A stretch of 64,000 bases of DNA, from positions 1-64,000 of the forward strand of contig CAXXHA010000001.1 in assembly GCA_963662265.2 (NCBI GenBank), given 5' to 3'. Positions 1 to 9,802 of this stretch are shown here, in pieces (positions within the stretch are counted from its first letter, which is position 1; the number at the start of each line of letters is the position of its first letter). The notes below the pieces were generated by a model that was given only the letters and a program-made list of their open reading frames with translations, made no database searches and was not told the origin of the DNA. The DNA comes from Spirochaetia bacterium. GTDB taxonomy: Bacteria > Spirochaetota > Spirochaetia > CADAEX01. Position numbers and translations under genes: made by a program.

Positions 1-139
1 GGCTGATAATTTCCCTGTTATCAACAGCTTCAAGTTTCTTAGTCTCTTCATCATAAATCACTATATACTCTGTTCTGCCGAATCTTGGATCAATCATGGA
101 ATTCCAGTCATATCCTTTCGAAGTAAAAACTATTTTCAT
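1..139 (-). CDS. NifB/NifX-family (FeMo-cofactor-binding-like) protein, 5' part, runs off the window edge
   Basis: Manual translation MKIVFTSKGYDWNSMIDPRFGRTEYIVIYDEE contains the family motif D-P-R-F-G-R; AGGAG RBS upstream; not in the ORF track. Confidence 0.85.
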   Translation of the reverse strand, partial: MKIVFTSKGYDWNSMIDPRFGRTEYIVIYDEETKKLEAVDNREIIS

Positions 140-255
140 TAAAATCTCCTATAACACTTTAGAGCACTTCCTCTCAGAAAGTCTCTGCCGCTTTCTATCA
201 CTTCCTTTCAGGAAGTCTCTTACTCATGATAAAAACAATTATTTTATCATTCCCC

Positions 256-1138
256 CTATAAACTGCTTACAAGCTCAGTTAACTTATTCCAGCTTTTCTG
301 AAGCATTTTACTTATCACACTGTCACTGTATTCTACTATGGTTTTTCCTTCAGTCATTGCATCGGTAAAACTCTCATCATAGGGGGAGGTCTGCCAGGTG
401 ACAGATATTTTCAGATGACAGGAAAGCCTTTATTTCATCTGCCTTATCTGTATTAAGATCATATTTATTAATAATACATCCTGTTTTAATCCCGAATTTC
501 CTGACCAGTGAATATACTCTTTTAAGATCATGAAGGCCGGAAACAGTCGGCTCGGTTACAAGAACGGTAAAATCTGCCCCGGAAAGGGAGGAGACAACAG
601 GACAGCCTATCCCGGGTGATCCGTCAACAATTATCAGATCTTTTCCGGTTTCTTCGGCAATTCTTCTTGCTTCATTTTTAACTTTTGCCACAAGCTTACC
701 GGAATTTTCAGCACCTGCTTTCAGTTTGGCATGCACCATCTGCCCTTCAGTCTTAATCCCTGATATATAGCATTTTCCGACATTCTGCTCCTCCATTTTT
801 ATTGCTGAAGCAGGACAGATAACTGCACAGTATCCGCATCCCTCGCAGTTAAGTTCGTTTACAGATAATTTACCCTCAATTGCATCAACAGCTTCGAACC
901 TGCAGACATCATGACAGGACATGCAAATGCTGCATTTATCCTGATCAATTACAGCTGTTTTGCCGCTGTAAAAATCTTCCTCATACTTGAAATCAGGTTT
1001 CATAAGAAGGTGCATATCGGCAGCATCAACATCACAGTCAGCAGTAACTATATCACTTCCCCCAAGACAGGAAAATGAGGCAGTTATTGAAGTCTTGCCA
1101 GTTCCCCCTTTACCGGAAATAACAACTATCTCTTTCAC
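256..1138 (-). CDS. MinD/CobQ-like P-loop ATPase with inserted 2x[4Fe-4S] ferredoxin domain; frameshifted at the G5 run 382-386
   Basis: SGKGGTGKT, DCDVD, CxxCxxCxxxC twice, DGSPGIGCPV. The track ORF stops at 377, but removing one base continues as LPYDESFTDAMTEGKTIVEY... to TAG at 256-258. Confidence 0.88.
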
Positions 1139-2005
1139 TTAATTGCCTCCTTTCATCAGCTTTTTTATCTGTTCACTGATTAAATCAAGCTGATACCTGA
1201 ATTCTTCAATTTCCCTGTATACAAGCCTTCCCTTTGAATAAAGTTCAGCAATTCTCCTGTCGTTAGGAAGTTTGGCAATAACAGGGATATTCTCACTTCG
1301 GCAGTATTCAAGGACAGCATCATTACCTATACCGTAACGGTTAAGGACAACGCCGAATTCCTTGCCGAGAAACCTTACAGCTTCTACAGCAAGTGATAAA
1401 TCATGAAGCCCGAAAGGGGTGGGTTCTGTTACAAGAATAATAAAGTCTGAATCTTTTATTGATTCTATAACCGGGCAGGAGGTTCCTGGAGGACAATCAT
1501 AGAGCTTTATATAATCTTCATTAAAATTATCATCAACATGTTTAAGTGTCTGTGAAATCAGCGGAACAGCCTGTTCCTGCCCGATATCCAGTCTGCTTTC
1601 TATGAAATCAAAAGATTCTGTTTTAATTTCCCTGTATTCACCTATTTTTTCCCTGACCATTGGCAGAGCATTTTCGGGACACAGTTCAGAACAAGCATAA
1701 CAGCCGTGGCACATCTCGGGAAAAACCATGACACTGTCTCTGACCTTGATTATGGAATTAAAATTACAAAGCTCCTGGCATTTACCACAGAGACTGCATC
1801 TGTCTTTTTTCCAAGAGGGAACCATCCTGTAACAGTCTTCACTTTTTACTAACTGACCATGAAGAAAGAGACCGGAATTCGGCTCTTCCACATCCAGATC
1901 TGAAAGTACAACTTTTCGGTTTTTCTCAGCAAGAAAAGCTGATAAATTAGTTGAAAGAGTTGTTTTCCCGGTTCCCCCTTTACCGCTGGCAATTGCTATT
2001 TTCAA
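1139..2005 (-). CDS. MinD/CobQ-like P-loop ATPase with ferredoxin domain (paralog of the adjacent gene)
   Basis: SGKGGTGKTT, DLDVEEPN, two Cys clusters, DCPPGTSCPV; TTG start with AGGAG RBS. Confidence 0.92.
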   Translation of the reverse strand: MKIAIASGKGGTGKTTLSTNLSAFLAEKNRKVVLSDLDVEEPNSGLFLHGQLVKSEDCYRMVPSWKKDRCSLCGKCQELCNFNSIIKVRDSVMVFPEMCHGCYACSELCPENALPMVREKIGEYREIKTESFDFIESRLDIGQEQAVPLISQTLKHVDDNFNEDYIKLYDCPPGTSCPVIESIKDSDFIILVTEPTPFGLHDLSLAVEAVRFLGKEFGVVLNRYGIGNDAVLEYCRSENIPVIAKLPNDRRIAELYSKGRLVYREIEEFRYQLDLISEQIKKLMKGGN

Positions 2006-2044
2006 TATTTCAAAACTCCTTTATTAATCATCTACAAATACAAT

Positions 2045-2066
2045 ATAATGCACATATGTGCATTAT
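2045..2066. promoter_or_regulatory. Perfect 22-bp palindrome ATAATGCACATATGTGCATTAT, putative operator of the ATPase/NifX operon
   Basis: Exact self-complementarity 40 bp upstream of the start codon at 2005. Confidence 0.65.
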
Positions 2067-2377
2067 TCAAGTACATGAAGGAGGTAATCAGGAGATGTTT
2101 AAGTTTTGATGGGGGGACGGAGGATTGTTTTTTAAATCAAAAAATTATACAGCAGTTAATTTGGCTATTTCAGATTATTTTCAAACCTGATTTATTCAAG
2201 TTAGGAAAGAAAACTAATTCTCATTCTGTCATCAATAAGTTGAAAAAAGAGTCTATATCATTAACAACAGTAAAAGTTATGAGTTATAAAAAAGATATCC
2301 GGAAAACAAATACAAAGTTACAAAAATAATAGTTGGTACTACCAGCTTGATAATGATATCTTTATATCATAATTATT

Positions 2378-3289
2378 ATGGATCACGTTATTTTCTTCTT
2401 ACATCTGACAGCCCTGATTATGGGTGTTATCTCCAACATTTTTTTATTGCATTACATTATTGAGCATAACAGAAGAGATCTCTTTTCTTACACAATTTTC
2501 TGGATAAATTTTACAATCCTTTTCCTCTACAATTTTCTGTCCTCTTATATCGATGTAACAGGGTTTGAACTGAATAGCGTATATAGTTTTTTCCTGTATA
2601 TGGGGTTTATCCTGAAAATCAGCTTGAACACTCTTGCGATACTGACTTTTATGCCGGAAAAGAAAAGCATGAGGGCTGTGGGAAGGCGAAAAATAATCAC
2701 TGTCTTTCTTTTTTTACCTATAATCTATTTTGCTGTCAGGATCACTACAGGTTCGAATTATCAGCCTTATCTTGAGAAGAGCAACAGTATCCTGGACATA
2801 CTGCTGCTTGCAGTTATTTTAACAATCACGCTGATAAATCTGGCTGTTAATTACAAAAATAAATCTATCAGAAAGGGAATCATGTTTAAGGCGAACTGGA
2901 GTCTTTTACTATTCAGCGGAATATCTCTATTTACTAAAGTATGGAGCCTTTTTGTTATCCGTGAAATATTTATTTTGAAGATATCCTTTATTTTTCTCTG
3001 CTATTACATTTTATGGAGTATTTTTCTAATCCGGCACATAGGGAAAAAAAACCTGTTCCGTCGAAAAATTCCATCTCTGGATGATATTGATGAACAAGTA
3101 TTTATAAGGTACAGAATAACTCCCAGGGAAAAAGACATACTAAAAAATCTTGTAAAAGGCTTGAACAGAAAGGAAATAGCTGAAAAAGAATTCATATCCC
3201 CCCGAACAGTTGACAACCATATTAGCAGCATCTACAGGAAGTTCAGAGTCAATGATAAAGTCGAATTGATACGATATCTTTTAAAATAA
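2378..3289 (+). CDS. Membrane-anchored LuxR-family transcriptional regulator
   Basis: About 7 hydrophobic segments followed by a LuxR HTH (ITPREKDIL...KEIAEKEFISPRTVDNHISSIYRK). Confidence 0.9.
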   Translation: MDHVIFFLHLTALIMGVISNIFLLHYIIEHNRRDLFSYTIFWINFTILFLYNFLSSYIDVTGFELNSVYSFFLYMGFILKISLNTLAILTFMPEKKSMRAVGRRKIITVFLFLPIIYFAVRITTGSNYQPYLEKSNSILDILLLAVILTITLINLAVNYKNKSIRKGIMFKANWSLLLFSGISLFTKVWSLFVIREIFILKISFIFLCYYILWSIFLIRHIGKKNLFRRKIPSLDDIDEQVFIRYRITPREKDILKNLVKGLNRKEIAEKEFISPRTVDNHISSIYRKFRVNDKVELIRYLLK

Positions 3290-3627
3290 GTAATATTACC
3301 TACGATTAAATTTATATTTTAAGTATTCTCATCTATTGTTCCGCAAGGCACCTGACCATATTGTATAAAAACAATAAAAGGGAAGGAGGCTATTATGGAT
3401 ATTTATAAATCCTGTTTCAATATCAACTGATAATAAAATCCGTTCTACTGCTGATTATGATATTACATGAACCAGATAATAATTTGGAAAATTTTATTTA
3501 AACGACAACAAACCCTGATACACAGGATAATATTTCAAATCGTGAAGAATTAAATATTTCGCATCTCCGGGAAAACATGAGTATATAGATATTTTTTCTT
3601 TCGGTTTTTTAACAAAAATGCTTATTA

Positions 3628-4878
3628 GTGAGGATAATAATGAATAAAATTGTTTTTTTTAGTTTGCTTATATTTTTCAACATAATATGCTGTCTCTTTG
3701 CTTCTTTAGAAGAGAGAATCACAGACATTACTTTTAATGGATTAAAACGTACCAGAGAACAAACTGTTATGCAGATAATCCATCCTGTAAAAGTGGGTGA
3801 ATATTATACAGAGGAAACAGAAGAAAAGATAATCCAGGCACTTCGGGGTTCAGGTCTTTTTAATCCTGAAGTAGGTGTAAAGAGCTTTAAAACAAAAGAT
3901 GGAATCAGAATCCAGATCAATTTGAAGGAACGCTGGACAATGATTATTTTACCAAGTTTTTCAGGTACCGGGGAAGGAGACTGGAGGGGTGGAATAATGG
4001 CAATAGAGAAAAACTTTCTGGGTCTGAACAAAACCATGGTACTGGGATTTTCAGCCGGTTCTGACGGGTCAAAAGCAATAGTCGCCCATAAAGACCCTTT
4101 ATTCATGGGGAGCAAAAATGTATTTGGTGCTTCAGCAAGCTTCGGGCCAAACACTGTCACTGATGTTAATGAAGAAGGAGACATCCTTCGGGAATACAAG
4201 TCTGATGATTACCGTATAGCTCTTAAAGTTGAATACCCTTTTCTGGATAAACTGTTTCTGACTGCTTCAACTTCATATAAAACTTCCCATCTGACATCTA
4301 CAGAGAAAGCATCATCGTCACCTGCTTCTGATATGGATAATCTCCGGTTTAAAGGGGGTATGAAATGGAAAAACATCTATCATGGGATCCCATATGACAG
4401 GGGATTGATACTGGAGCTAAGTTCGACCAATGGACAGGGTCTGAACAATACAGATGATTATGTTACATACGACAGCAGTGCGGAATGGTCTTTTTCCCCA
4501 TGGAAAAACCATCTTATAGATTTTACCCTGCTAGGGAGATGGGGAGATACTCCTGCCCAGGCAGAACAGCGTCTTGGAAATACCACAGGATCCTACATTC
4601 TTCCTAAAGGTGTTACTGCTGATAACTATATATCTTCAGTTTTTTCCTACAACATTCCGATAAAATATTTTTCATGGGGGACATTCTCAATCAAGGGTTT
4701 TTATGAAACAGGTATGTTTGAATCAGATTTAACAGATTCAACAATGTATCATGGCCCGGGCACAGGATTTGAAATCTACCTCAACAACCTGGCAATTCCC
4801 GCAGTCGGAGCCAACACAGGATGGAATATGAATACAGGAATAATGCAGTTTGCACTCAGCATGGGATTTTCCATGTAA
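3628..4878 (+). CDS. POTRA-domain outer-membrane protein (BamA/TamA-like)
   Basis: Signal peptide, POTRA start ITDITFNGLKRTRE, KERW and EKNFLGLNK motifs, amphipathic beta-strand C-terminus. Confidence 0.75.
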   Translation: MRIIMNKIVFFSLLIFFNIICCLFASLEERITDITFNGLKRTREQTVMQIIHPVKVGEYYTEETEEKIIQALRGSGLFNPEVGVKSFKTKDGIRIQINLKERWTMIILPSFSGTGEGDWRGGIMAIEKNFLGLNKTMVLGFSAGSDGSKAIVAHKDPLFMGSKNVFGASASFGPNTVTDVNEEGDILREYKSDDYRIALKVEYPFLDKLFLTASTSYKTSHLTSTEKASSSPASDMDNLRFKGGMKWKNIYHGIPYDRGLILELSSTNGQGLNNTDDYVTYDSSAEWSFSPWKNHLIDFTLLGRWGDTPAQAEQRLGNTTGSYILPKGVTADNYISSVFSYNIPIKYFSWGTFSIKGFYETGMFESDLTDSTMYHGPGTGFEIYLNNLAIPAVGANTGWNMNTGIMQFALSMGFSM

Positions 4879-5010
4879 ATTTTTTAAAAAAGAGCAGCTC
4901 TGACTTAATGAGTTATCAGAAAGTGTATATTTTGCAGAATATATAAAAACTGGCAAGTTCCAGCTATTTTCAAATTCCAGGATATAAAAAAATAAATCTA
5001 TGGAGGATAT

Positions 5011-6471
5011 ATGTATATAAGAATATTACAGGCTCTTATATGTCTTTTATTATTTTTCCCATTTCATCTTTTCCCTACACCTCTTACAAAACCAGTTGTT
5101 TCTGATTTGAACAGCTGGATTAAAGAAAATGCAAAGAACGGTAATATCCCGGGCCTGAGTCTGGGTATTATTCGGGAAGGAAAAATATCCTATATAAACA
5201 ACTTTGGAATCAGCAATGATTACGGAAAACTGATTGACACAGAAACACAATACTACATAGGTTCAATTACCAAAGCTTTAACAGCAGTCAGCATTCTTCA
5301 ATTATCAGAAACAGGAAGGATCGATCTTGATGCACCTTTAGGCAATTACCTCACCTCTGCTCCAGATCCAGATGTTTCACAGATCAGCGTGAAAAAATTT
5401 CTATCACAGTCTGGAGGACTCAGAGCCAGGGATGGGCTGCTATTCAGGAAAAAACTTCTAGGAAAATCATTTTCCAGCTGGAATATATATTCCAGGCTGA
5501 AAGCCTATCCTCATCTGGCAGACAGATTTGAATATTCCAACATTAATTTCAACCTGATGGGGCTTTTGATTGAAGAAGTAAGCGGGATTGAATATAAAAC
5601 TTTTATACAGAGGAAAATTATCTCTCCTCTTGGCCTGAAAAAAACTGTTGATAATCCGGAAAAAGCTGTTAACCTGACACACGGATATCAGCTCTGGTTT
5701 CAGCATCCTGTCTATATAAAGGAAGCTCCAGTCTATGAAAACTATTTTCCAGCTATGGGATATATATCGACAATGGAAGACCTGCTTAAGTTTTCCGACT
5801 TCCTTATCAGACCAATAGAATATTCTGATAAAAAAATACTTTCTGAATCCTATGTCAGAAAACTGTTTCAGCCAGTGGTTTCTGCTTCATTTTCAGACCT
5901 TCATGGTAAATATGCCCTTGGATGGCATACAGGAGAAATTGAGGGGAAAAAAGTATATCTGATTCAGGGGGGTACTGGTGGATCGCTATGTTATATCTAT
6001 CTGGTACCGGAAGATCAAACAGGGATAGTCCTGCTCACAAATATGAACAGCACTTTTCAATGCCAGCATACAAAAAGTATTGTACCGGGAATTATCACCC
6101 TCCTTTCAGGGAAGAAACCCGTTCCTGTGAAACCGAAAAACACATACATGAAGCTATGCCTTGTCCTGACCTGTTTCATTCTTTTTAACGCAGTTTTTGT
6201 TGTCATAAACATTTTCTCAAGCAGAATAAACAGAACCTGTCTACTTACACTACACTATCTGCTGGATATTTTTCTGCTTGTCCTCATGTATCTGATCCTC
6301 CCCCGTTTCTGGAACATGACACTTTCTGCAATGAACCTGGCAAAGCCGGATCTGCTATTCATGATGCATATTACATCGTTCTTTTTTGCCGGAGCTTTAT
6401 GTATCAACACAATTATTACAAGGAAAAGATCTCAAGCAGCATACTCTGTCCCCAGACAAACATTTCTTTAA
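5011..6471 (+). CDS. Serine hydrolase, beta-lactamase/class C PBP family, with C-terminal membrane helices
   Basis: GSITK (SxxK), FEYSNINF (YxN), YALGW; signal peptide; 3 C-terminal TM segments. Confidence 0.88.
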   Translation: MYIRILQALICLLLFFPFHLFPTPLTKPVVSDLNSWIKENAKNGNIPGLSLGIIREGKISYINNFGISNDYGKLIDTETQYYIGSITKALTAVSILQLSETGRIDLDAPLGNYLTSAPDPDVSQISVKKFLSQSGGLRARDGLLFRKKLLGKSFSSWNIYSRLKAYPHLADRFEYSNINFNLMGLLIEEVSGIEYKTFIQRKIISPLGLKKTVDNPEKAVNLTHGYQLWFQHPVYIKEAPVYENYFPAMGYISTMEDLLKFSDFLIRPIEYSDKKILSESYVRKLFQPVVSASFSDLHGKYALGWHTGEIEGKKVYLIQGGTGGSLCYIYLVPEDQTGIVLLTNMNSTFQCQHTKSIVPGIITLLSGKKPVPVKPKNTYMKLCLVLTCFILFNAVFVVINIFSSRINRTCLLTLHYLLDIFLLVLMYLILPRFWNMTLSAMNLAKPDLLFMMHITSFFFAGALCINTIITRKRSQAAYSVPRQTFL

Positions 6472-6505
6472 ACCTTTCAGCCATCCCTGGCAGCAGCTTT
6501 CTCTC

Positions 6506-6802
6506 CTAACTGCAGCAGCTGCAGGAACCGGGAAGGCTGCTTCCGGGGCACAGGAAACAGTTACTGACCTTCTCGCCATTTAGAATTGAAATAATTTCCT
6601 GCTGTTTGAATATTCTTCCCGCTGCTTTCGGGACATCATCTACAATGATTGCAGGAGTCATCATAACTCCCATTTTCACAATCTCATCAATATCTGTAAC
6701 TCTTTCAACTTCAGCTTCAAGCCCTTCATCTTCTATTGCTTTTAAAGCACTTTCATATACAATTCTGCTTTTTAAATCTGAACCCAGTATCTTGACTACC
6801 AT
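6506..6802 (-). CDS. Thioredoxin-like small redox-active disulfide protein (MTH895 type) lacking the N-terminal CxxC, with a Cys-rich tail
   Basis: KILG..., VERVTDIDEIVKMGVMMTPAIIVD family signature; tail CFLCPGSSLPGSCSCCS; ATG at 6802 preferred over 6838. Confidence 0.75.
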   Translation of the reverse strand: MVVKILGSDLKSRIVYESALKAIEDEGLEAEVERVTDIDEIVKMGVMMTPAIIVDDVPKAAGRIFKQQEIISILNGEKVSNCFLCPGSSLPGSCSCCS

Positions 6803-6932
6803 ATTTATTCCCCGACTATAAAAAACCTGATTTTTCATCAGATAATATCATGTTACAATAATATATACCTGCAAGAGGCTGTTTATAATTTATCAATATT
6901 TTCTATTAAAAGAAATATTTCAGGGGGCAATC

Positions 6933-8096
6933 ATGATAAACTTTTCATTTCAGATACCAACAAGAACTGAATTCGGGGACGGAGTAATTGCAAAAACAGG
7001 AGAAGAAGCTCTGAAGCTTGGGAAGCGGGCTCTTCTGGTATATGGAAAGGAAAGTATCAGGAAAAACGGTGTTTATGATACGATAACTGAATCACTGCGA
7101 AAAAACAGTGTCGAATGGAAAGAGTACAGCGGAGTATCTCCCAATCCGCTTCTTTCACATGCATATGAGGGAGCTAAAGCTGCCAGAGATTTCGGTGCAG
7201 ATATGATTATTGCTGCCGGGGGAGGCAGTGTTATTGATGAATCAAAAGCCATATCCCTCGGTTTCTATACAGAATCTGAAACAGAACTGTGGAAGTACTA
7301 TACAAGGGAAAAACCTGCCGGTAAGGGGCTTCCCATCATTGCAATACAAACAATGCCTGCAACAGGAAGCGAGATGAACCAGGCGTCTGTTATTACTAAT
7401 GATAAAACAAGGGAAAAATTCAGCACAAGAAGCATATACAGCGCACCAGTTGTATCACTGCTTGATCCTTCAGTAACAGTCAAAATACCATTGAGACAGA
7501 CAGCATTCGGCTGTGTCGATATAATTTCCCATCTTACAGAAGGTTTTTTCAGCAATAAGGACAGCTACGCTCCTGTTCAGGAGGGATATGCACTAGGCCT
7601 TGCTTCTGCTGTGAAAAAAAGCATGGATATACTTTTAGATGACCCGGAAAACATCAAGGCAAGAAGCGCTGTGATGTGGACAGCATCGCTGGGCTGGAAC
7701 GGTCTGGGGAGAGCAGGATGGGAAGGTGCGGGAATTCCCTGTCATACACTTGAACACCCGTTAAGCGGAATTTATAACCTCCCCCACGGCGCAGGCCTTT
7801 CAATCACAACCCCCGCCTACCTGAAACTCAGAAAAGACAGTTTAAGGGACCGACTCGCAAATTTCGGTTCAACAGTACTTGGACTGAAAGACAGCAGGGA
7901 CGGAGGCAGAGTAATAGAAGAACTTGCAAACTGGTACAGAAAGATAAATTCACCTGCATCATTTTCTGACTGGAAAGAAGTGGAAAGTTTCGATATTGGA
8001 AAACTCACAGAAGAGGCTGAAAAACTTAACAGCATATGGAAAATGAGTGATTTTACAGAAGGTGAAATAGAAAAGCTTTACAGCATGATGAAATAA
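6933..8096 (+). CDS. Iron-containing alcohol dehydrogenase (butanol dehydrogenase-like)
   Basis: GVSPNP, GGGSVIDESK, TMPATGSE, HTLEHPLSG...PHGAGL. Confidence 0.93.
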   Translation: MINFSFQIPTRTEFGDGVIAKTGEEALKLGKRALLVYGKESIRKNGVYDTITESLRKNSVEWKEYSGVSPNPLLSHAYEGAKAARDFGADMIIAAGGGSVIDESKAISLGFYTESETELWKYYTREKPAGKGLPIIAIQTMPATGSEMNQASVITNDKTREKFSTRSIYSAPVVSLLDPSVTVKIPLRQTAFGCVDIISHLTEGFFSNKDSYAPVQEGYALGLASAVKKSMDILLDDPENIKARSAVMWTASLGWNGLGRAGWEGAGIPCHTLEHPLSGIYNLPHGAGLSITTPAYLKLRKDSLRDRLANFGSTVLGLKDSRDGGRVIEELANWYRKINSPASFSDWKEVESFDIGKLTEEAEKLNSIWKMSDFTEGEIEKLYSMMK

Positions 8097-8126
8097 ATCA
8101 GAAAAAAATAGATCACAATAAAAAGA

Positions 8127-8190
8127 TTCCTCCGTCTATCAAAAATCACCGTTCCTCCGTCTATCAAAAATCACCGTTCCTCCGTCCCCC
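8127..8190. repeat. About 2.5 tandem copies of a 25-bp unit TTCCTCCGTCTATCAAAAATCACCG
   Basis: Units start at 8127, 8152 and 8177; the last ends CCTCCGTCCCCC. Confidence 0.9.
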
Positions 8191-8326
8191 ATTCTCCAGG
8201 AAATTCTTCCCGAAATCCCGGTAAAAAGACCTTCCCCTTACTCAAAATTCCGTAATCCCCCTGTAATACTCCTCGAAATCCAGATAAAACAGTGCATAAA
8301 TACCACTCAGGCAAATTAATTCTGCA

Positions 8327-8399
8327 AAAACCGACCACCGGTCTATTGACTTATCAATTTTACCGACTTATAATTATTCCTAGACCGACCGTCGGTCTA
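8327..8399 (+). promoter_or_regulatory. Sigma70 promoter (TTGACT 8346-8351, 17 bp, TATAAT 8369-8374) flanked by two TetR-type operators
   Basis: Perfect TAGACCGAC-C-GTCGGTCTA at 8381-8399 and a degenerate copy at 8327-8345, directly before a TetR gene. Confidence 0.85.
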
Positions 8400-8413
8400 C
8401 TAAGGAGAGATTT

Positions 8414-9133
8414 ATGGAATCCGATTCAATCAGTCAGCATGAAAAGAGAAAGAATGAAATAATAGACTGCGCAGCATCGCTGTTTTTTGCAGAGAGCTAT
8501 GAAAAAACATCTGTACAGAAAATTATAAATACTCTCGGAATTGCAAAAGGGACATTCTATCATTATTTCAAATCAAAGACAGATCTTCTTGATCAGTACA
8601 CAAAAAGGGAAAGCGGGAAAATTCTTACAATCCTTGATGAGATAGTATCAAGAAAAGATATAGGAATAATAGAAAAATTCAATTCCTACTTTGAAATCGC
8701 AATGAGTTGGAAAGTCCAGAACTGGGATCTTGTTCTTATATATATCAGACATTCTGGACTCAGTGAAAACAAGATTGTTTATGAAACAATGCTTGAGAAT
8801 AATATTAAAGCAGCATATCCATCTATCAGAAAAATGGTGGAGGAAGGGATTACTGAGGGATATTTCAGAACGGATTTCCCCGATCTTGCCGCCGAAGCAA
8901 TATTCAGGTTCGGCGCAGCAGTAACCGACATGGTCAGACCTCTTATTCTGTCGAGTAAAACAAACAGAGAGGCATTTGACCACTTTCTGAGAATATTGGA
9001 TTTCTATCAGGACAGCATAGAAAAATTACTAGGAACAGACAAAGGACTTTTCAGAATAATTGACAGGGAAAAACTTGAGGAAGTATTTATAGAATCATCC
9101 AGAGGGACGGAGGTAGCAGATGATAAAAATTGA
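8414..9133 (+). CDS. TetR/AcrR-family regulator
   Basis: N-terminal HTH with GIAKGTFYHYFKSK. Confidence 0.93.
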   Translation: MESDSISQHEKRKNEIIDCAASLFFAESYEKTSVQKIINTLGIAKGTFYHYFKSKTDLLDQYTKRESGKILTILDEIVSRKDIGIIEKFNSYFEIAMSWKVQNWDLVLIYIRHSGLSENKIVYETMLENNIKAAYPSIRKMVEEGITEGYFRTDFPDLAAEAIFRFGAAVTDMVRPLILSSKTNREAFDHFLRILDFYQDSIEKLLGTDKGLFRIIDREKLEEVFIESSRGTEVADDKN

Positions 9134-9800
9134 AAACCTGAGAAAAACATATCATGCAGGAGAAACTGAGGTTAAAGCTCTAAGAGATATCAATTTCCTC
9201 ATAAAAAAAGGGGAATTCATATCAATCGCAGGTCCATCCGGCTCAGGAAAAACAACACTTCTGAACCTGATCGGATGTATAGATGATCCTGACAGTGGCC
9301 AGATTTTTATAAATGAAAAGGCTGTTTCCGAAATGAATAAGAATGAAAAAGCCATGTTCAGGAGGGAAAATCTAGGGTTCATATTCCAGAGCTATAACCT
9401 GATACCTGTACTTACAGCTTATGAGAATGTCGCATTTTCATTAAACCTGCTTGGAGAAGATGAAGAAGTTATAAGAAAAGAAGTATACAGCATTCTCGAA
9501 GAGGTTGGGCTCAAAGGGCTTGAAAACAGACGGCCTGCAAAACTTTCAGGAGGTCAGCAGCAGAGAGTTGCAATTGCAAGAGCGCTTGTAAAGAGACCTG
9601 AAATAATACTGGCAGATGAACCGACAGCAAACCTCGATTCACACACAGGTGAAGATATAATGCGGCTTATGAAAGACATGAACAGCAGGCATAATATAAC
9701 GTTCATCTTTTCTACTCACGACAAAATGGTTATGGATTATGCGGAAAGACTGATAAGGCTTCATGACGGAAGTATTCAGAGCGATAGTTCAGGGAGCTGA
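9120..9800 (+). CDS. ABC transporter ATP-binding protein, LolD/MacB-like
   Basis: GPSGSGKT, LSGGQQQRVAIARAL, DEPTANLD. Confidence 0.95.
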   Translation: MIKIENLRKTYHAGETEVKALRDINFLIKKGEFISIAGPSGSGKTTLLNLIGCIDDPDSGQIFINEKAVSEMNKNEKAMFRRENLGFIFQSYNLIPVLTAYENVAFSLNLLGEDEEVIRKEVYSILEEVGLKGLENRRPAKLSGGQQQRVAIARALVKRPEIILADEPTANLDSHTGEDIMRLMKDMNSRHNITFIFSTHDKMVMDYAERLIRLHDGSIQSDSSGS

Positions 9801-9802
9801 TT

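Noticed and set aside
96-368. Plus-strand 90-aa ORF, along with 2048..2329, 15266..15784, 22997..23398 and the many short antisense ORFs in the track
   Set aside because: Shadow ORFs overlapping well-supported genes or regulatory DNA, with no motifs or clear RBS
374-379. Selenocysteine readthrough at tandem TGA codons ending the ATPase ORF
   Set aside because: The plausible C-terminus continues in another frame; a one-base homopolymer shift explains it
1-2005. Nitrogenase (nif) cluster
   Set aside because: NifB/NifX-domain and ferredoxin-ATPase operons are common in non-diazotrophs; no nifHDK in the window
8127-8190. Mini-CRISPR
   Set aside because: The 25-bp units are identical end to end; this is a simple tandem duplication
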